Source: Octopus bimaculoides (taxonomy: Eukaryota). Taken from it: 51,658 nt of DNA. The stretch spans positions 76,986,002-77,037,659 of the forward strand of contig NC_068984.1 in assembly GCF_001194135.2 (NCBI RefSeq), given 5' to 3'. Shown here piece after piece: positions 1 to 11,205 of this stretch (position 1 is the first letter of the stretch; the number at the start of each line of letters is the position of its first letter). The translations under genes and the position numbers were made by a program. The notes beneath the pieces are model-generated. The model was not told where the DNA came from. It saw only the letters and a list, made by a program, of their open reading frames with translations, and made no database searches.

Positions 1-21
1 TTATTATTATTATTGTCGTTA

Positions 22-73
<52 letters not shown>

Positions 74-89
74 TATTATTATTATTATT
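1..89. repeat. (TTA)n microsatellite
   Basis: Near-perfect TTA run. Confidence 0.95.
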
Positions 90-90
90 G

Positions 91-278
91 GGGCGGTGAG
101 CTGGCAGAATCGTTAGCACACCGGGAAAAATGCTTAGCGGCATTTCGTTCGCTTTTATGTTCTGAATTCAAATTCCTTTTGGTGTCGATAAATTAAATAC
201 CAGTGAAACGCTGGGGTCGTTCTAATCGACTCATTCCTTCCCCCCCAAAATGACTGTCCTTGTGGTAAAATTTGAAAC
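91..278 (+). mobile_element. tRNA-derived SINE, family 'SINE-A', internally deleted copy
   Basis: Starts GGCGGTGAGCTGGCAGAATCGTTAGC (A-box-like), has a GAATTCAAATTCC B-box-like segment and GTCGATAAA..TACCAG core shared with many copies in the window; lacks the GAGGTCGACTTTGCCTTTCATC segment. Confidence 0.85.
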
Positions 279-396
279 TTTTTATCATTATTAATTTGAT
301 ATACACACAACAGATTAGAATTGTTGGAAAAGAAAAGATCCTAACATAGGGCTACAACAAGTAACCTTAGATGCCAGGAACTATCCTAAGTATACT

Positions 397-397
397 G

Positions 398-453
<56 letters not shown>

Positions 454-490
454 GTTATTATTATTGTTGTTGTTATTATCATTATTATTC
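397..490. repeat. (TTA)n/(TTG)n microsatellite
   Basis: Direct reading; explains the poly-Leu ORF 371..559. Confidence 0.95.
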
Positions 491-967
491 CAAATGCATA
501 ACGAGTGCTCTAAAATTGTTAGTGATAACGCTCAATGTTTTCTTTTTCCCTGCTTGTAAAGTGTTTGTGTTGTTTCGGGTTGATCTATGATCTAAGGTTC
601 TTGAAACTATGACAAACAACGTATAGGAAGATGTTGAACAGCGTTATTTAACGTTTTCTGTCCTTGTTTAAGACGGTTGATGCGATGTAAAAGAGGTTTT
701 GGTTGATGTTTTTAGTAGCTAGAGTAATCACGTAGAGGGTCCTTCATTTGCTCGTGTATTTTATGTATCTCAATGAGAAGATAGCTTAAATCTTATGTCC
801 TTTTTCTCGTTGGTTCGCCTCTGAAAAGCTCAGATCAATTATACATACAACATAAGGAGTAGAAGCCTAAACCCTCATGTTTCTCACTATATGAGGGGGT
901 GTCTATATTACACCTGCAAGAAATAGTAGCTCAGACTCCCTCAGACCATAAATTTTCCCATGATAGA

Positions 968-1188
968 CGAGAGGGTGCTGAACAATTCCTGCTTCTCAGA
1001 GTATCCTGAAAGGTCTGGGTGGAGGCTCAAATTTCCGAGTTCTTTTACGGGGATTAGAAAAACTGGAGGATCGTTGCTATAAGTGTGTGAGCCTGAGAGT
1101 GGAATATGTTGAAAAAAAAAATCATAATTAACTGATCCTCCTGTATTTTCTTTTACCCAAAGCCAGGAACTTTTCAGCACCTCCTACA
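968..1188 (+). mobile_element. Non-autonomous mariner derivative (MITE) keeping the transposase C-terminus
   Basis: Imperfect TIRs: CGAGAGGGTGCTGAACAATTCCTGCTT (968-994) and AAGCCAGGAACTTTTCAGCACCTCCTACA (1160-1188), followed by TA. 1051-1116 translates GLEKLEDRCYKCVSLRVEYVEK, matching the mariner C-terminal motif GIxKLxxRWxKCVxxxGEYVEK. Confidence 0.75.
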
Positions 1189-1352
1189 TAGGCTGGCCAT
1201 GGGAGTAATGACCTTGATCATAAGCCTGCTTAACTAGCGAGCTGGGATGTGAATGACGTCATCGAGCGTTACATTTCAAGGATTCAGTCCGATGACGTCA
1301 TACATAGCTCAGCTCGGTGCACTTTCACACACATTATGTATAAGAGAATTGA

Positions 1353-1565
1353 GGCGGTGAGCTGGCAAAATCGTTACCACGGCGAGCAAAATGCTTACCG
1401 GCTTTTCGTCCGTCTTTACGTTCTGTGTTCAAATTACACTAAGTTCGATTTCCCTTTCATATTTTGGGGTCGATAAAATAAGTACCAGTTGAATACTGAG
1501 GTCGATGTAATCGACCTATCCCCTCCCCCGAAGTTGCTGACTTTGTGCCAAAATTTAAAACCATT
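1353..1565 (+). mobile_element. SINE-A, full length
   Basis: GGCGGTGAGCTGGCAAAATCGTT...GGGGTCGATAAAATAAGTACCAGTTGAATACTGAGGTCGATGTAATCGAC...GTGCCAAAATTT. Confidence 0.9.
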
Positions 1566-1896
1566 ATTTATTAGAGAATTCCCCTTACTAGACAGTTTCC
1601 ACAGCGAGGATCTTCCCACATTTGATTGTACATAAACGTGTTAAATACAAATTAAATGAGTTTTATTTTAATCACCACTGCTTTGTGTGCCTTTAATTAA
1701 TTGTGACTCTGTTAATCTAGATTCGTTATTCATACTAAAATTTTACGATTTTACTTAACAGCATAATGCTAAATTAGAAACTGCGCAAAATAAAACGTTG
1801 CTTGCAAAATCCCGATTTGATTTAATGGGGGTGGTTAGCATTACTGTGTTTACAGTATATTATTAATAATTTGATTCGTTCAACCGAGAAATAAGA

Positions 1897-1898
<2 letters not shown>

Positions 1899-1931
<33 letters not shown>

Positions 1932-1943
1932 AATAATAATAAC

Positions 1944-1978
<35 letters not shown>

Positions 1979-1990
1979 GAAGAAGAAGAA
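1899..1990. repeat. Compound (GAT)n-(AAT)n-(AAG)n microsatellite
   Basis: Direct reading. Confidence 0.9.
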
Positions 1991-2138
1991 TTAAGCTCAA
2001 TTATTATAGATTGAGCTTAATGCATTGAAAAAGAGAAACTGTATGTCATGTCTATTAATTAACATCTGACAGAAATGATGTAAACCTGTCCATTTTCCAT
2101 TGCCAGTTAGTTTGATAATTTTAATTTGTTTAATTTAG

Positions 2139-2211
2139 AGTATACTGGATTTCAGAAGCAGAGGCATTCCTCAACTTACCTCTATTTCAGTGATGTCTTT
2201 TCCAACTTTAC
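2139..2211 (+). other. Candidate exon (unassigned)
   Basis: T-rich acceptor TTAATTTGTTTAATTTAG|, donor AC|GTAAGT; two of three frames open; no recognisable homology. Confidence 0.3.
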
Positions 2212-2571
2212 GTAAGTTTTTTAAAGAAATTAGTGGAAAAAACAGAAACCTCAACTTCAATTGATTTATCTGACTTCATCCGATTTATCAGACTGAAGAT
2301 ATTTAATAGTATTAAAATTATTTTAAAAGGCAAATAACATACATGCGAAAACATGTGCAAATCATTTATCAAAGCAGATATCGACTAATAATGTTTCTGA
2401 AAAAATTATTTATTATATGTTACGTCATTTTTCGAGTTAAGTGGCATGTCTTGGAACTAATTACTGCCGTAAGTTGAGGAACACCTGTATACCGAATATT
2501 AGATCAACCATAAACACCCTGCTATTAAAAAGAAATTATAAGCAATATAGTATAGTAATTTATGAAAACGC

Positions 2572-2830
2572 ATAGGTAAGTGTTCAGCTTGTGATCATCA
2601 AATGGTAGGTTCAAATATTTGACTTGGGAGAACATTGCATCCTTGAGCAAGGCGCTTCATTTCACGTTGCTTCAGTCTACTTAGCTACTAGCCAGGAACT
2701 GGTACCGGTGTTTCTTTATTCAGCTGTCTCATCGTGGAACCATGGTGAGGAAGCTGAGAGAGTGCTTGTGATTGTTCGTGCCTATATAGGCACCTGAAAC
2801 GACTAACGAAAACATGGTACATCATACTGA
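2572..2830 (+). mobile_element. Degenerate CORE-like tRNA SINE (same family as 39592-39830)
   Basis: GGTTCAAAT B-box-like motif, then CCTTGAGCAAGGCGCTTCATTTCACGTTGCTTCAGTCTAC, matching TCTTGAGCAAAACACTTCATTTCACGTTGCTCCAGTCCAC in the 39.6 kb copy. Confidence 0.6.
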
Positions 2831-2860
2831 GCGATTGAAGGGTTTTAGCACTTTAATAAT

Positions 2861-3073
2861 TCTTTCTACTATAGGCAGAAAGCTTGGGGTAGTGTTTGCT
2901 GATCGATTACATTGAACCCCCGCCCAGTACACATCTGGTACTCATTTTATCGATTTGGAAAGGATGAAAGGCAAAGTCGACCATGGCGAAATTTGAACTC
3001 AGAACGAAAATAACCAGAAGAAATATTGTTAGGTATTTCGTCCGACGCCTAACGGTTCTCTCTGCTCAGCCTT
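2861..3073 (-). mobile_element. SINE-A
   Basis: Reverse-complement core TTTTATCGATTTGGAAAGGATGAAAGGCAAAGTCGACC..ATTTGAACTCAGAACG. Confidence 0.85.
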
Positions 3074-3086
3074 GTCAGTACCTTAA

Positions 3087-3363
3087 CCCATTACCTACCA
3101 GTGATCTCATATGTGATCACTTAAAAATTACAAATTTCGTAATTATCTGTCAATATTTACGCATATCTAACTTTTTTGCTATATCTACTAGGTATATTTC
3201 TCTGATATTGAAATGAGGTTTGCTAATTTTTCACCCAATATCTCGCTTATATCTATTTAAAATGTTATTTTGATCATTCCAGCGTGTTTCTGAGGCTGTT
3301 TTATGCTAGAAATCAAAGTTTCATAAAAAAATTCCAGTTAATAGAATTATGGGAGGTAATGGG
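3087..3363. mobile_element. piggyBac-type MITE with TTAA target-site duplication
   Basis: TTAA (3083-3086) | CCCATTACCTACCA ... TGGGAGGTAATGGG | TTAA (3364-3367); 14-bp TIR with 1 mismatch; no coding capacity. Confidence 0.85.
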
Positions 3364-3383
3364 TTAATGGCATAGCATTTAAA

Positions 3384-3570
3384 GGCGTCGAACTGGCAGA
3401 ATTTTTAGCACGCCGGGCGAAATACTTCACGCTCTGAGTTCAAATTCTGCCGATGTCGACTTTGCCTTTCATCCCTTTCTAGGTCGATAAAAAAAGGTAC
3501 TAGTTGAGTATTGGGGTCGATGTAATCGAGTTGACCCTCCACCGAAATTGCTGGCCTTGTGCTAAAATTA
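3384..3570 (+). mobile_element. SINE-A, short internal deletion
   Basis: GGCGTCGAACTGGCAGAAT...GAGTTCAAATTCTGCCGATGTCGACTTTGCCTTTCATCC...GGCCTTGTGCTAAAAT. Confidence 0.9.
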
Positions 3571-4112
3571 ATAATAACGTATTTAGCAATGAGCACCTGA
3601 AAATTCTTCGCCCGCAGCATGTTACACTCATTACTACCTACGTGCTTCGTCTGGCACAAGAAAAGCGAAAAAATAAGGAGATTATAAGGAATGGATTAAA
3701 TTATTTAAGACTGAAATAACAAAAAGAGAGATGGGTTGTTGCACTGAGGTAGGCTTTTTTAGTGTTGTGGGAAGAAAGATGGAAGTTAAGAATTAGTGTA
3801 CGAAAGCTAAATGAAGGAATGGGGAGAGGTGCAATAATGAACGAATAAAGGTGAAATTATACTATAAGAAAACTGCAGAGAAAGTTAATACAGAAGATAG
3901 CAGAGTCTGATGAATGTAGTACATATAACATGGTAAGAAAGAAGGAAAAAGAAGAGGAAAACGAGAAAGAAGCATGAATATAGAAAGAAGAAAATAGAGA
4001 CAGCACATAAATGGAGGAGGACAGGGAGAAAGATAAGAATGAATGAATGAATGAAGGAAGGAAGAGAAAAATTAAGAAATAATAATATAAGTGTAATTGC
4101 ATAACTGATTAT

Positions 4113-4456
4113 ATACTCTTTTATTTGTTTCAGTCATTTGACTGCGGCCAAGCTGGAGCGCCGCCTTTAGTCGACAAAATCGCCCCCAGGATTTATTCTT
4201 CGTAAGCCTAGTACTTATTCTATCGGTCTCTTTTTGCCGAACCGCTAGATTACGGGGACGTAAACACACCAGCATCGGTTGTCAAACGATGTTTGGGGGG
4301 GGGGGATAAACACAGACACACAAACACACATACATATATATACATATATACATATATACGACGAGCTTGTTTCAGTTTCCGTCTAATCCACTCACAAACC
4401 TTTGGTCAGCCCGAGGCTATAGTAGAAGACACTTGCCCAAGGTGCCACGCAGTGGG
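4113..4456 (-). mobile_element. tRNA-derived SINE, family 'SINE-B'; head lost in 10-N gap
   Basis: Reverse complement of the full copy at 45150-45595 (CAGTCATTTGACTGCGGCC...GAAGACACTTGCCCAAGGTGCCACGCAGTGGG). Confidence 0.9.
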
Positions 4457-4529
4457 NNNNNNNNNNCATGTATGTATGTATGTATGTATGTATGTATGTA
4501 TGCATGTATGTATGTATGTATTCTCTATG

Positions 4530-4712
4530 TTTGTGTTTGTCCTTCACCATCACTAGACAATCCGATATCCTAGCGGTTCGGCGATAAGAAACCAATAGAA
4601 TAAGTACTAAGCTTCAGAAAATAATTCCAAAGTTCGATTTGTTCGAATAAAACCCATCAAGGCGGTGCCCCAGCATGGCCGCAGTCAAATGACTGAAGCA
4701 AGTAAAAGAAAG
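4530..4712 (+). mobile_element. SINE-B, 3' half
   Basis: ...AATAGAATAAGTACT...GGCGGTGCCCCAGCATGGCCGCAGTCAAATGACTGAAGCAAGTAAAAG tail. Confidence 0.85.
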
Positions 4713-4735
4713 ATATATATATATATATATATATA

Positions 4736-5370
4736 NNNNNNNNNNNNNNNNNNNNNNNNNNNNNNNNNNNNNNNNNNNNNNNNNNNNNNNNNNNNNNNNN
4801 NNNNNNNNNNNNNNNNNNNNNNNNNNNNNNNNNNNNNNNNNNNNNNNNNNNNNNNNNNNNNNNNNNNNNNNNNNNNNNNNNNNNNNNNNNNNNNNNNNNN
4901 NNNNNNNNNNNNNNNNNNNNNNNNNNNNNNNNNNNNNNNNNNNNNNNNNNNNNNNNNNNNNNNNNNNNNNNNNNNNNNNNNNNNNNNNNNNNNNNNNNNN
5001 NNNNNNNNNNNNNNNNNNNNNNNNNNNNNNNNNNNNNNNNNNNNNNNNNNNNNNNNNNNNNNNNNNNNNNNNNNNNNNNNNNNNNNNNNNNNNNNNNNNN
5101 NNNNNNNNNNNNNNNNNNNNNNNNNNNNNNNNNNNNNNNNNNNNNNNNNNNNNNNNNNNNNNNNNNNNNNNNNNNNNNNNNNNNNNNNNNNNNNNNNNNN
5201 NNNNNNNNNNNNNNNNNNNNNNNNNNNNNNNNNNNNNNNNNNNNNNNNNNNNNNNNNNNNNNNNNNNNNNNNNNNNNNNNNNNNNNNNNNNNNNNNNNNN
5301 NNNNNNNNNNNNNNNNNNNNNNNNNNNNNNNNNNNNNNNNNNNNNNNNNNNNNNNNNNNNNNNNNNNNNN
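4736..5370. other. Assembly gap flanked by (TA)n
   Basis: N run. Other gaps at about 4457-4466, 6684-6723, 15199-15549, 16000-16146, 17518-17906, 21412-21524, 27454-27565, 28225-28530, 30286-30694, 35987-36057, 38795-39591, 43294-43870, 45876-45906. Confidence 0.99.
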
Positions 5371-5407
5371 ATATATATATATATATGTGTATGTATGTAT
5401 GTATGTA

Positions 5408-5450
<43 letters not shown>

Positions 5451-5526
5451 AGAGAAAGAGAAAGAGAGAGAGGGACAAGCAGACAGAAAAGAGAAAGAAA
5501 AAAAGAGAGAAAATAGTATAAGAACA

Positions 5527-5561
<35 letters not shown>

Positions 5562-5700
5562 CATACATACATACATTCATACATACACAAAGTTAGCATG
5601 CTAACTATCTAGCTAGACAACCCGGTAGATACTCCGAAAAACAGAGAGAGTACGAAAACATGAAGGAGAAATGTATACGATGATAGAGAGATAGACATAA

Positions 5701-5732
<32 letters not shown>
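5371..5732. repeat. Microsatellite cluster (TA, TATG, TG, GATA, GA)
   Basis: Direct reading. Confidence 0.9.
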
Positions 5733-6418
5733 GGAAAGATAAGGGAGGCTGGACAGAAAAGTATAATGACAGAAATACAACACATAAATCAGAATGAATA
5801 ACTGATGGGTATGATAGGAAAAATGTAGTTGAGAGGTAAAGTAGAAAGTAAGAATAGATACGAAGAATAAAAAGAAAGCGAAAAATGTCGAAAGAAAGCG
5901 AAAAATGTCGAAAGAAAGGAAGGAGAAAAAGCTAAGAAAGAAAGAATGAAATATGTAATAGAAGAAAGGGGGTAAAAAATCGCCGATGGAAAAGAAAAAC
6001 ATTCAAGAATTCTAAGAGGAAGAAAAAAAAAGACCATTTCAAAAATACGATAAAATAAAAACAATTACATAAAACAAAAGAGTGAAAGAAGAATATAGAG
6101 GAAGCAGGATGGATTAAGGTAAAGAATGGAACGGAAGATCATTGGTTGATAGTAAGCTTTTAGTATTTGGTTTCGTTGTTATTGTTTTTGTTTGCTACAA
6201 ACTACAATTCTCCCATAACCGGCTTTGGTCAAACAGTTCACTTCGGTTAAGTGTGAAGAGCGGTAAATTACCAAATCAAACTCTTCAGAAATTCTTCAAG
6301 TACCATTTAAAAAAAAGAAGAAAAAAAAAGAAAAACAAAATGAAAAAAGAAAAGAAATTCATATATTATTCTCATTTTTTGGCTTCTTTCTTTACGCTTT
6401 GGAAGTGAATGAACTTGT

Positions 6419-6419
<1 letters not shown>

Positions 6420-6481
<62 letters not shown>

Positions 6482-6640
6482 CACACACACACTCACACAT
6501 ACACACGTACACACACACACACACAACCATACACTCGCACACAGATAAACCCACGTTATCTATCTATCTATCTATCTATCTATGTATCTATCTATCTATC
6601 TATCTATCTGTCTGTCTGTCTGTCTGTCTATCTATTTATC

Positions 6641-6683
<43 letters not shown>

Positions 6684-6772
6684 NNNNNNNNNNNNNNNNN
6701 NNNNNNNNNNNNNNNNNNNNNNNGTACACACACACACACACAACCATACACTCGCACACAGATAAACCCACG

Positions 6773-6830
<58 letters not shown>

Positions 6831-6861
6831 GTCTGTCTGTCTGTCTGTCTATCTATTTATC

Positions 6862-6916
<55 letters not shown>
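6420..6916. repeat. (CA)n + (TATC)n/(TGTC)n block, duplicated across a gap
   Basis: Direct reading; see findings. Confidence 0.9.
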
Positions 6917-7184
6917 ACAATATATAGTGTTTAGGCATAGCGCTTACTACAACCATATCTCTCATAAACGGTGCATACTACGCACACATATACACTTTGG
7001 CGTACACGGATGAGCGAAGTTATCGCAAGACACACCCCTTACGCCGAAAATAAACAAACAAGCACACTCACGCGCTAGTGTAAATTTGACATCATCGTAA
7101 CAAGCCTACACGCAATATCTTATACATCAACACGAGCTCATATACTGCAAAGAACTTTGAAACCTACATGTGCACATACTTGTA

Positions 7185-7189
7185 AGTAA

Positions 7190-7220
<31 letters not shown>

Positions 7221-7519
7221 TATATACATATATACATACATACATATATACATACATATATATACATATATACATACATATATATACATATATACATACA
7301 TACATACATACATATATGCACGCATACAGAACCATATAATATAAAATACAGATTTATATATTCGTACGGATTTATACAAAATAGTTAATTACACAACGAG
7401 CAAAATATCAGACTATATAAAGTATATAAAAGTACATACAAGTAATCATTATGTTTTATACATCTCTGCTTAAACATCAGGTGTTTCAATTGGAGATCCA
7501 TTGATACATCTGAAGACAT

Positions 7520-7593
<74 letters not shown>

Positions 7594-7683
7594 CGTCCCT
7601 ATTTTATTTTCACAAATACACTTGGAACTATTTTTTCGCATACATAAACACATTAAAATTTATAAATATATATGTACGCGCAC

Positions 7684-7751
<68 letters not shown>

Positions 7752-8546
7752 GTTTGTCTGTCTGTCTACAAACACGCACACATACATACACACACAAAAC
7801 ACGTGCGAGCGCACTCTCACACACACACACACACACACATACCTGAGCCATTTATAACTCTGATATAAGCGAAGTGCAAAGTTCTACGAACACACATTTA
7901 ACAAACAGCCGGCGTTCGTATAGACGTGAACACGCTGTGATATGAGTAATACCGTAGTTTGCAATGTATAATATACGAAGCCATGCAGCCATACAGGACA
8001 CATGGCATGCATGTGTATTGACAAAGATACATATAGGCATACATTATAAACTAGGAATATACATACCATATACTCATAGAAATATTCACTAAATAAATAC
8101 AAACAATTTCACCGTTATATAGTACATACGTACATACACCAACAAACGCGAAAACTTATGTACCTATGTTTATATGTGTATGTATGTATACATAACTATA
8201 TATATATATATATGTGCATGCTTATATTACATATATAACACATACGTACTATGTACTACGTAAGTGGATGCATACATTCATGTATATAAATATATGTTTG
8301 CTAGTTTATTTACATAAACCATAAATATAGTTGCGTATACAAACAAAAGTATACGAAAACACTTTTAAGCACACATATATAAACTTATATTTACACATTC
8401 ACTCACAAGTACACATCTACAAACACACACACATATAGACACACACACACACGCACATATACACACACATATAGACTTATATACGTGTAAACATGCTTAC
8501 ATACAACTGTAGTTTTGCAATTTTATGCATGTATAATTCATAAATA

Positions 8547-8584
<38 letters not shown>

Positions 8585-8819
8585 TATCGACTTGCATACA
8601 AACGTAAATATTAACTGATTTCAGGTAGTATGTCTAAAATATACATACATACTTAAGTATACACACACACGCACGCACATACACACACATACACACACAC
8701 AAACACACACACACAAATACACACACACTGACACGCAGCTCTCTAAATATTTCATTACTAATAGAATTACTACAATTTATATATATATATATACCTCCGC
8801 ACACACACAGCTATATATT

Positions 8820-8874
<55 letters not shown>

Positions 8875-9130
8875 TTATACACAGATATACACACGCATTC
8901 ATACATATACACATGTATTTTTCAATACATCATACACTCAGACAATCATACATACACATGTACAATTACGTAAGACTGACACGGATGTGTATTAATGTTT
9001 AAAACAAACTGCATATGCGCGTACACGAATACAAATGGACACACTCACGCTCGCAGACACACCTCATATACGCATTATATAAACATATATATACACACTC
9101 ACATATATTCATATATCGTAACATATATTA
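7185..9130. repeat. Low-complexity CA/TA/TACA/TCTA-rich region
   Basis: Multiple perfect and decayed microsatellites, e.g. (CA)n 7525-7589 and (TCTA)n 7685-7750. Confidence 0.85.
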
Positions 9131-9156
9131 ATATAGCATAACATATATTCATACAG

Positions 9157-9200
9157 TCTGGTGAATACCTGATACAGCTACACTCAAAGACAACAACATG
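9157..9200 (+). other. Candidate exon ending in ATG|GTAAGT (possible start-codon exon)
   Basis: CATACAG| acceptor (alternative at 9177); CAACAACATG (A at -3) followed by a perfect GTAAGT donor and a T-rich downstream sequence. Confidence 0.4.
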
Positions 9201-10246
9201 GTAAGTACCCACGTTGTATTACCCAACTTTTTTTATTGTTCTGTTTGTCTAGCTAACTGTTTTTTGTTTTTATTGCTGTATATCTATATATCGTTTTTCC
9301 CTGCTCCTGTCGTACTTTTCGTTTCATCCGGTTTTTGTGTGAATCCTCATATATTTTGTGACTCGTCACGGTAATCTTCAATCATGCGTCAAGTTTTGAT
9401 AGTTATTACTATTATATGTGTATGTGTGTGTGCGTGTGTATTTATGTGTGTGTGTGTGTGTGTGGTGCGTGCTTGCGGGCGTGTATGTATATATGTACTT
9501 ATATATACTTACATAATTACATGAGTATATATATATATATATATATACATATACAGGGGACTACCGTACGGTATGGGCACTCTGTGGAGTTGCCCCAGAG
9601 GCGTCGCGGGTCGAGGATCCCAATTCTGATCTGTGTATGTCGTTGCTCTCAATAAATAAATGTTTCGGGGTCAGTGTTCTGATTTGCCCAGACACTTTAA
9701 ACGTATCAAGACGGCCCTGGACACAAATACACACACACACATGCCCATCGGATGGCCTGTACCATTGATACTGAAGTCCATTCTGGTCACTATGAATCCT
9801 ACAGATTATACCGAGAGTAACTTAATGGTATACGTGTCTAAGGAATCCTCAGCCACGTTGCACGCGTTGTTCATTCAGTTTATCGAACAACTGGATGCTT
9901 ATAAGTCAAAACAGATGCACAGATATACAGGCATATCCACACACACACACGCGCACATACACACACACACGCACATACATACACACATGTATGTATGTGT
10001 GGTTGTGTGTGTAAGTAATGTAAGCTCCGGATAGTAAAACTTCAGGTATTTTTTCCGGCTATCTACGGTCTGAGTTAAAGTACCGTGTCCTTTCTCTGAG
10101 TGAATTGGTCTTCCAGAATTCAGCAAAAATAGGGATAAGTTTAGGAACCTCTTATACAATGGCCCAAGGATTTCATCTGTTCACTTTCATACTAGAATAA
10201 AAACTAATAATGTTTCGCATATAAATAACCCTTCTCTTTTCTTTGT

Positions 10247-10299
<53 letters not shown>

Positions 10300-10350
10300 T
10301 CCACTCTTTAGTTGGGCTTTGAATTTCATCTCTTGGAGTAATTAAGCAAT

Positions 10351-10552
10351 TCTTTCTAATTTTAGTACAAGACTAGCAATTTTTAGAAGGGAGGAGACAA
10401 GTCGATTACATCGACCCCTGTACTAGACAGATACTTATTTTATCAATCCTGAATAGGTGAAAGATAAAGTTTGCTTCAGTAGGATTTGAACTCCGAATGT
10501 ACAGAGCGAGCATTTTGTTCGACGTTCTAAAAGTTCTGCCAGCTCTCTGTCT
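10351..10552 (-). mobile_element. SINE-A, diverged
   Basis: GTCGATTACATCGACCCC..TACTTATTTTATC..GATTTGAACTC..TTCTGCCAGCTC in reverse orientation. Confidence 0.8.
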
Positions 10553-10906
10553 TTGGGTTGATAAAATAAGCTACTGCTGAGCTACCGCGGATTCAATTAT
10601 CAACAAATTCCTCTCCCTACCTCTTAGAAATCAATATTCTTATTAAACCGAAGGTGGCATCAGAAAAATCAATAAAATGATTGAGACATTCAGTTATGTA
10701 ACGCTTTCGAATCTCGTGGAAACAGATTTTGCATTTTCTCCTACCAAGTCGCGATCTAGAAAGTACCAGTAATATACTCGATTAAATTTAATTGACTATT
10801 CTCTCTCTCAAAATTTATTTTAAAAATCATTTTCATTTTGATGGACTTGTAGAATAACGCAATATAACTGACTTGAAGCTTACTATTATTTTTACATGTC
10901 CCTTAA

Positions 10907-11122
10907 GGCGGCGAGCTGGCAGAATCTCTAACCCGCAGGGCAAAATGCTTAAGGGCATTTCGTCCGTCTTTATTTTCTGAGTTCAGATTACACCGAGGTC
11001 GACTTTGCCTTTCATACTTACGGGACTGATAAAATAAGTACCAGTTGAACACTGAGGTCGATGTAATCAACTTACCCCCTCCTCCGAACCTGCTGACCTC
11101 GTGCCAGAATTTGAAATCAATA
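10907..11122 (+). mobile_element. SINE-A, full length
   Basis: GGCGGCGAGCTGGCAGAATC...GAGGTCGACTTTGCCTTTCAT...GTGCCAGAATTTGAAATCAATAT. Confidence 0.9.
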
Positions 11123-11141
11123 TTTTTCCTTGTCCCTTTAG

Positions 11142-11205
11142 GTTTCGTGGTCAAATGTCGCTGCGGTTCACTTCGCTTTACTTCTCCGAGGGTTCGATGA
11201 CGAAT
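11142..11205 (+). other. Candidate exon (weak donor)
   Basis: Strong acceptor ATATTTTTCCTTGTCCCTTTAG|; weak donor AT|GTAATA; phase-0 reading VSWSNVAAVHFALLLRGFDDE. Confidence 0.25.

Noticed and set aside
5871-5918. 20-bp tandem duplication AAAGAAAGCGAAAAATGTCG
   Set aside because: Ordinary slippage in purine-rich low-complexity DNA.
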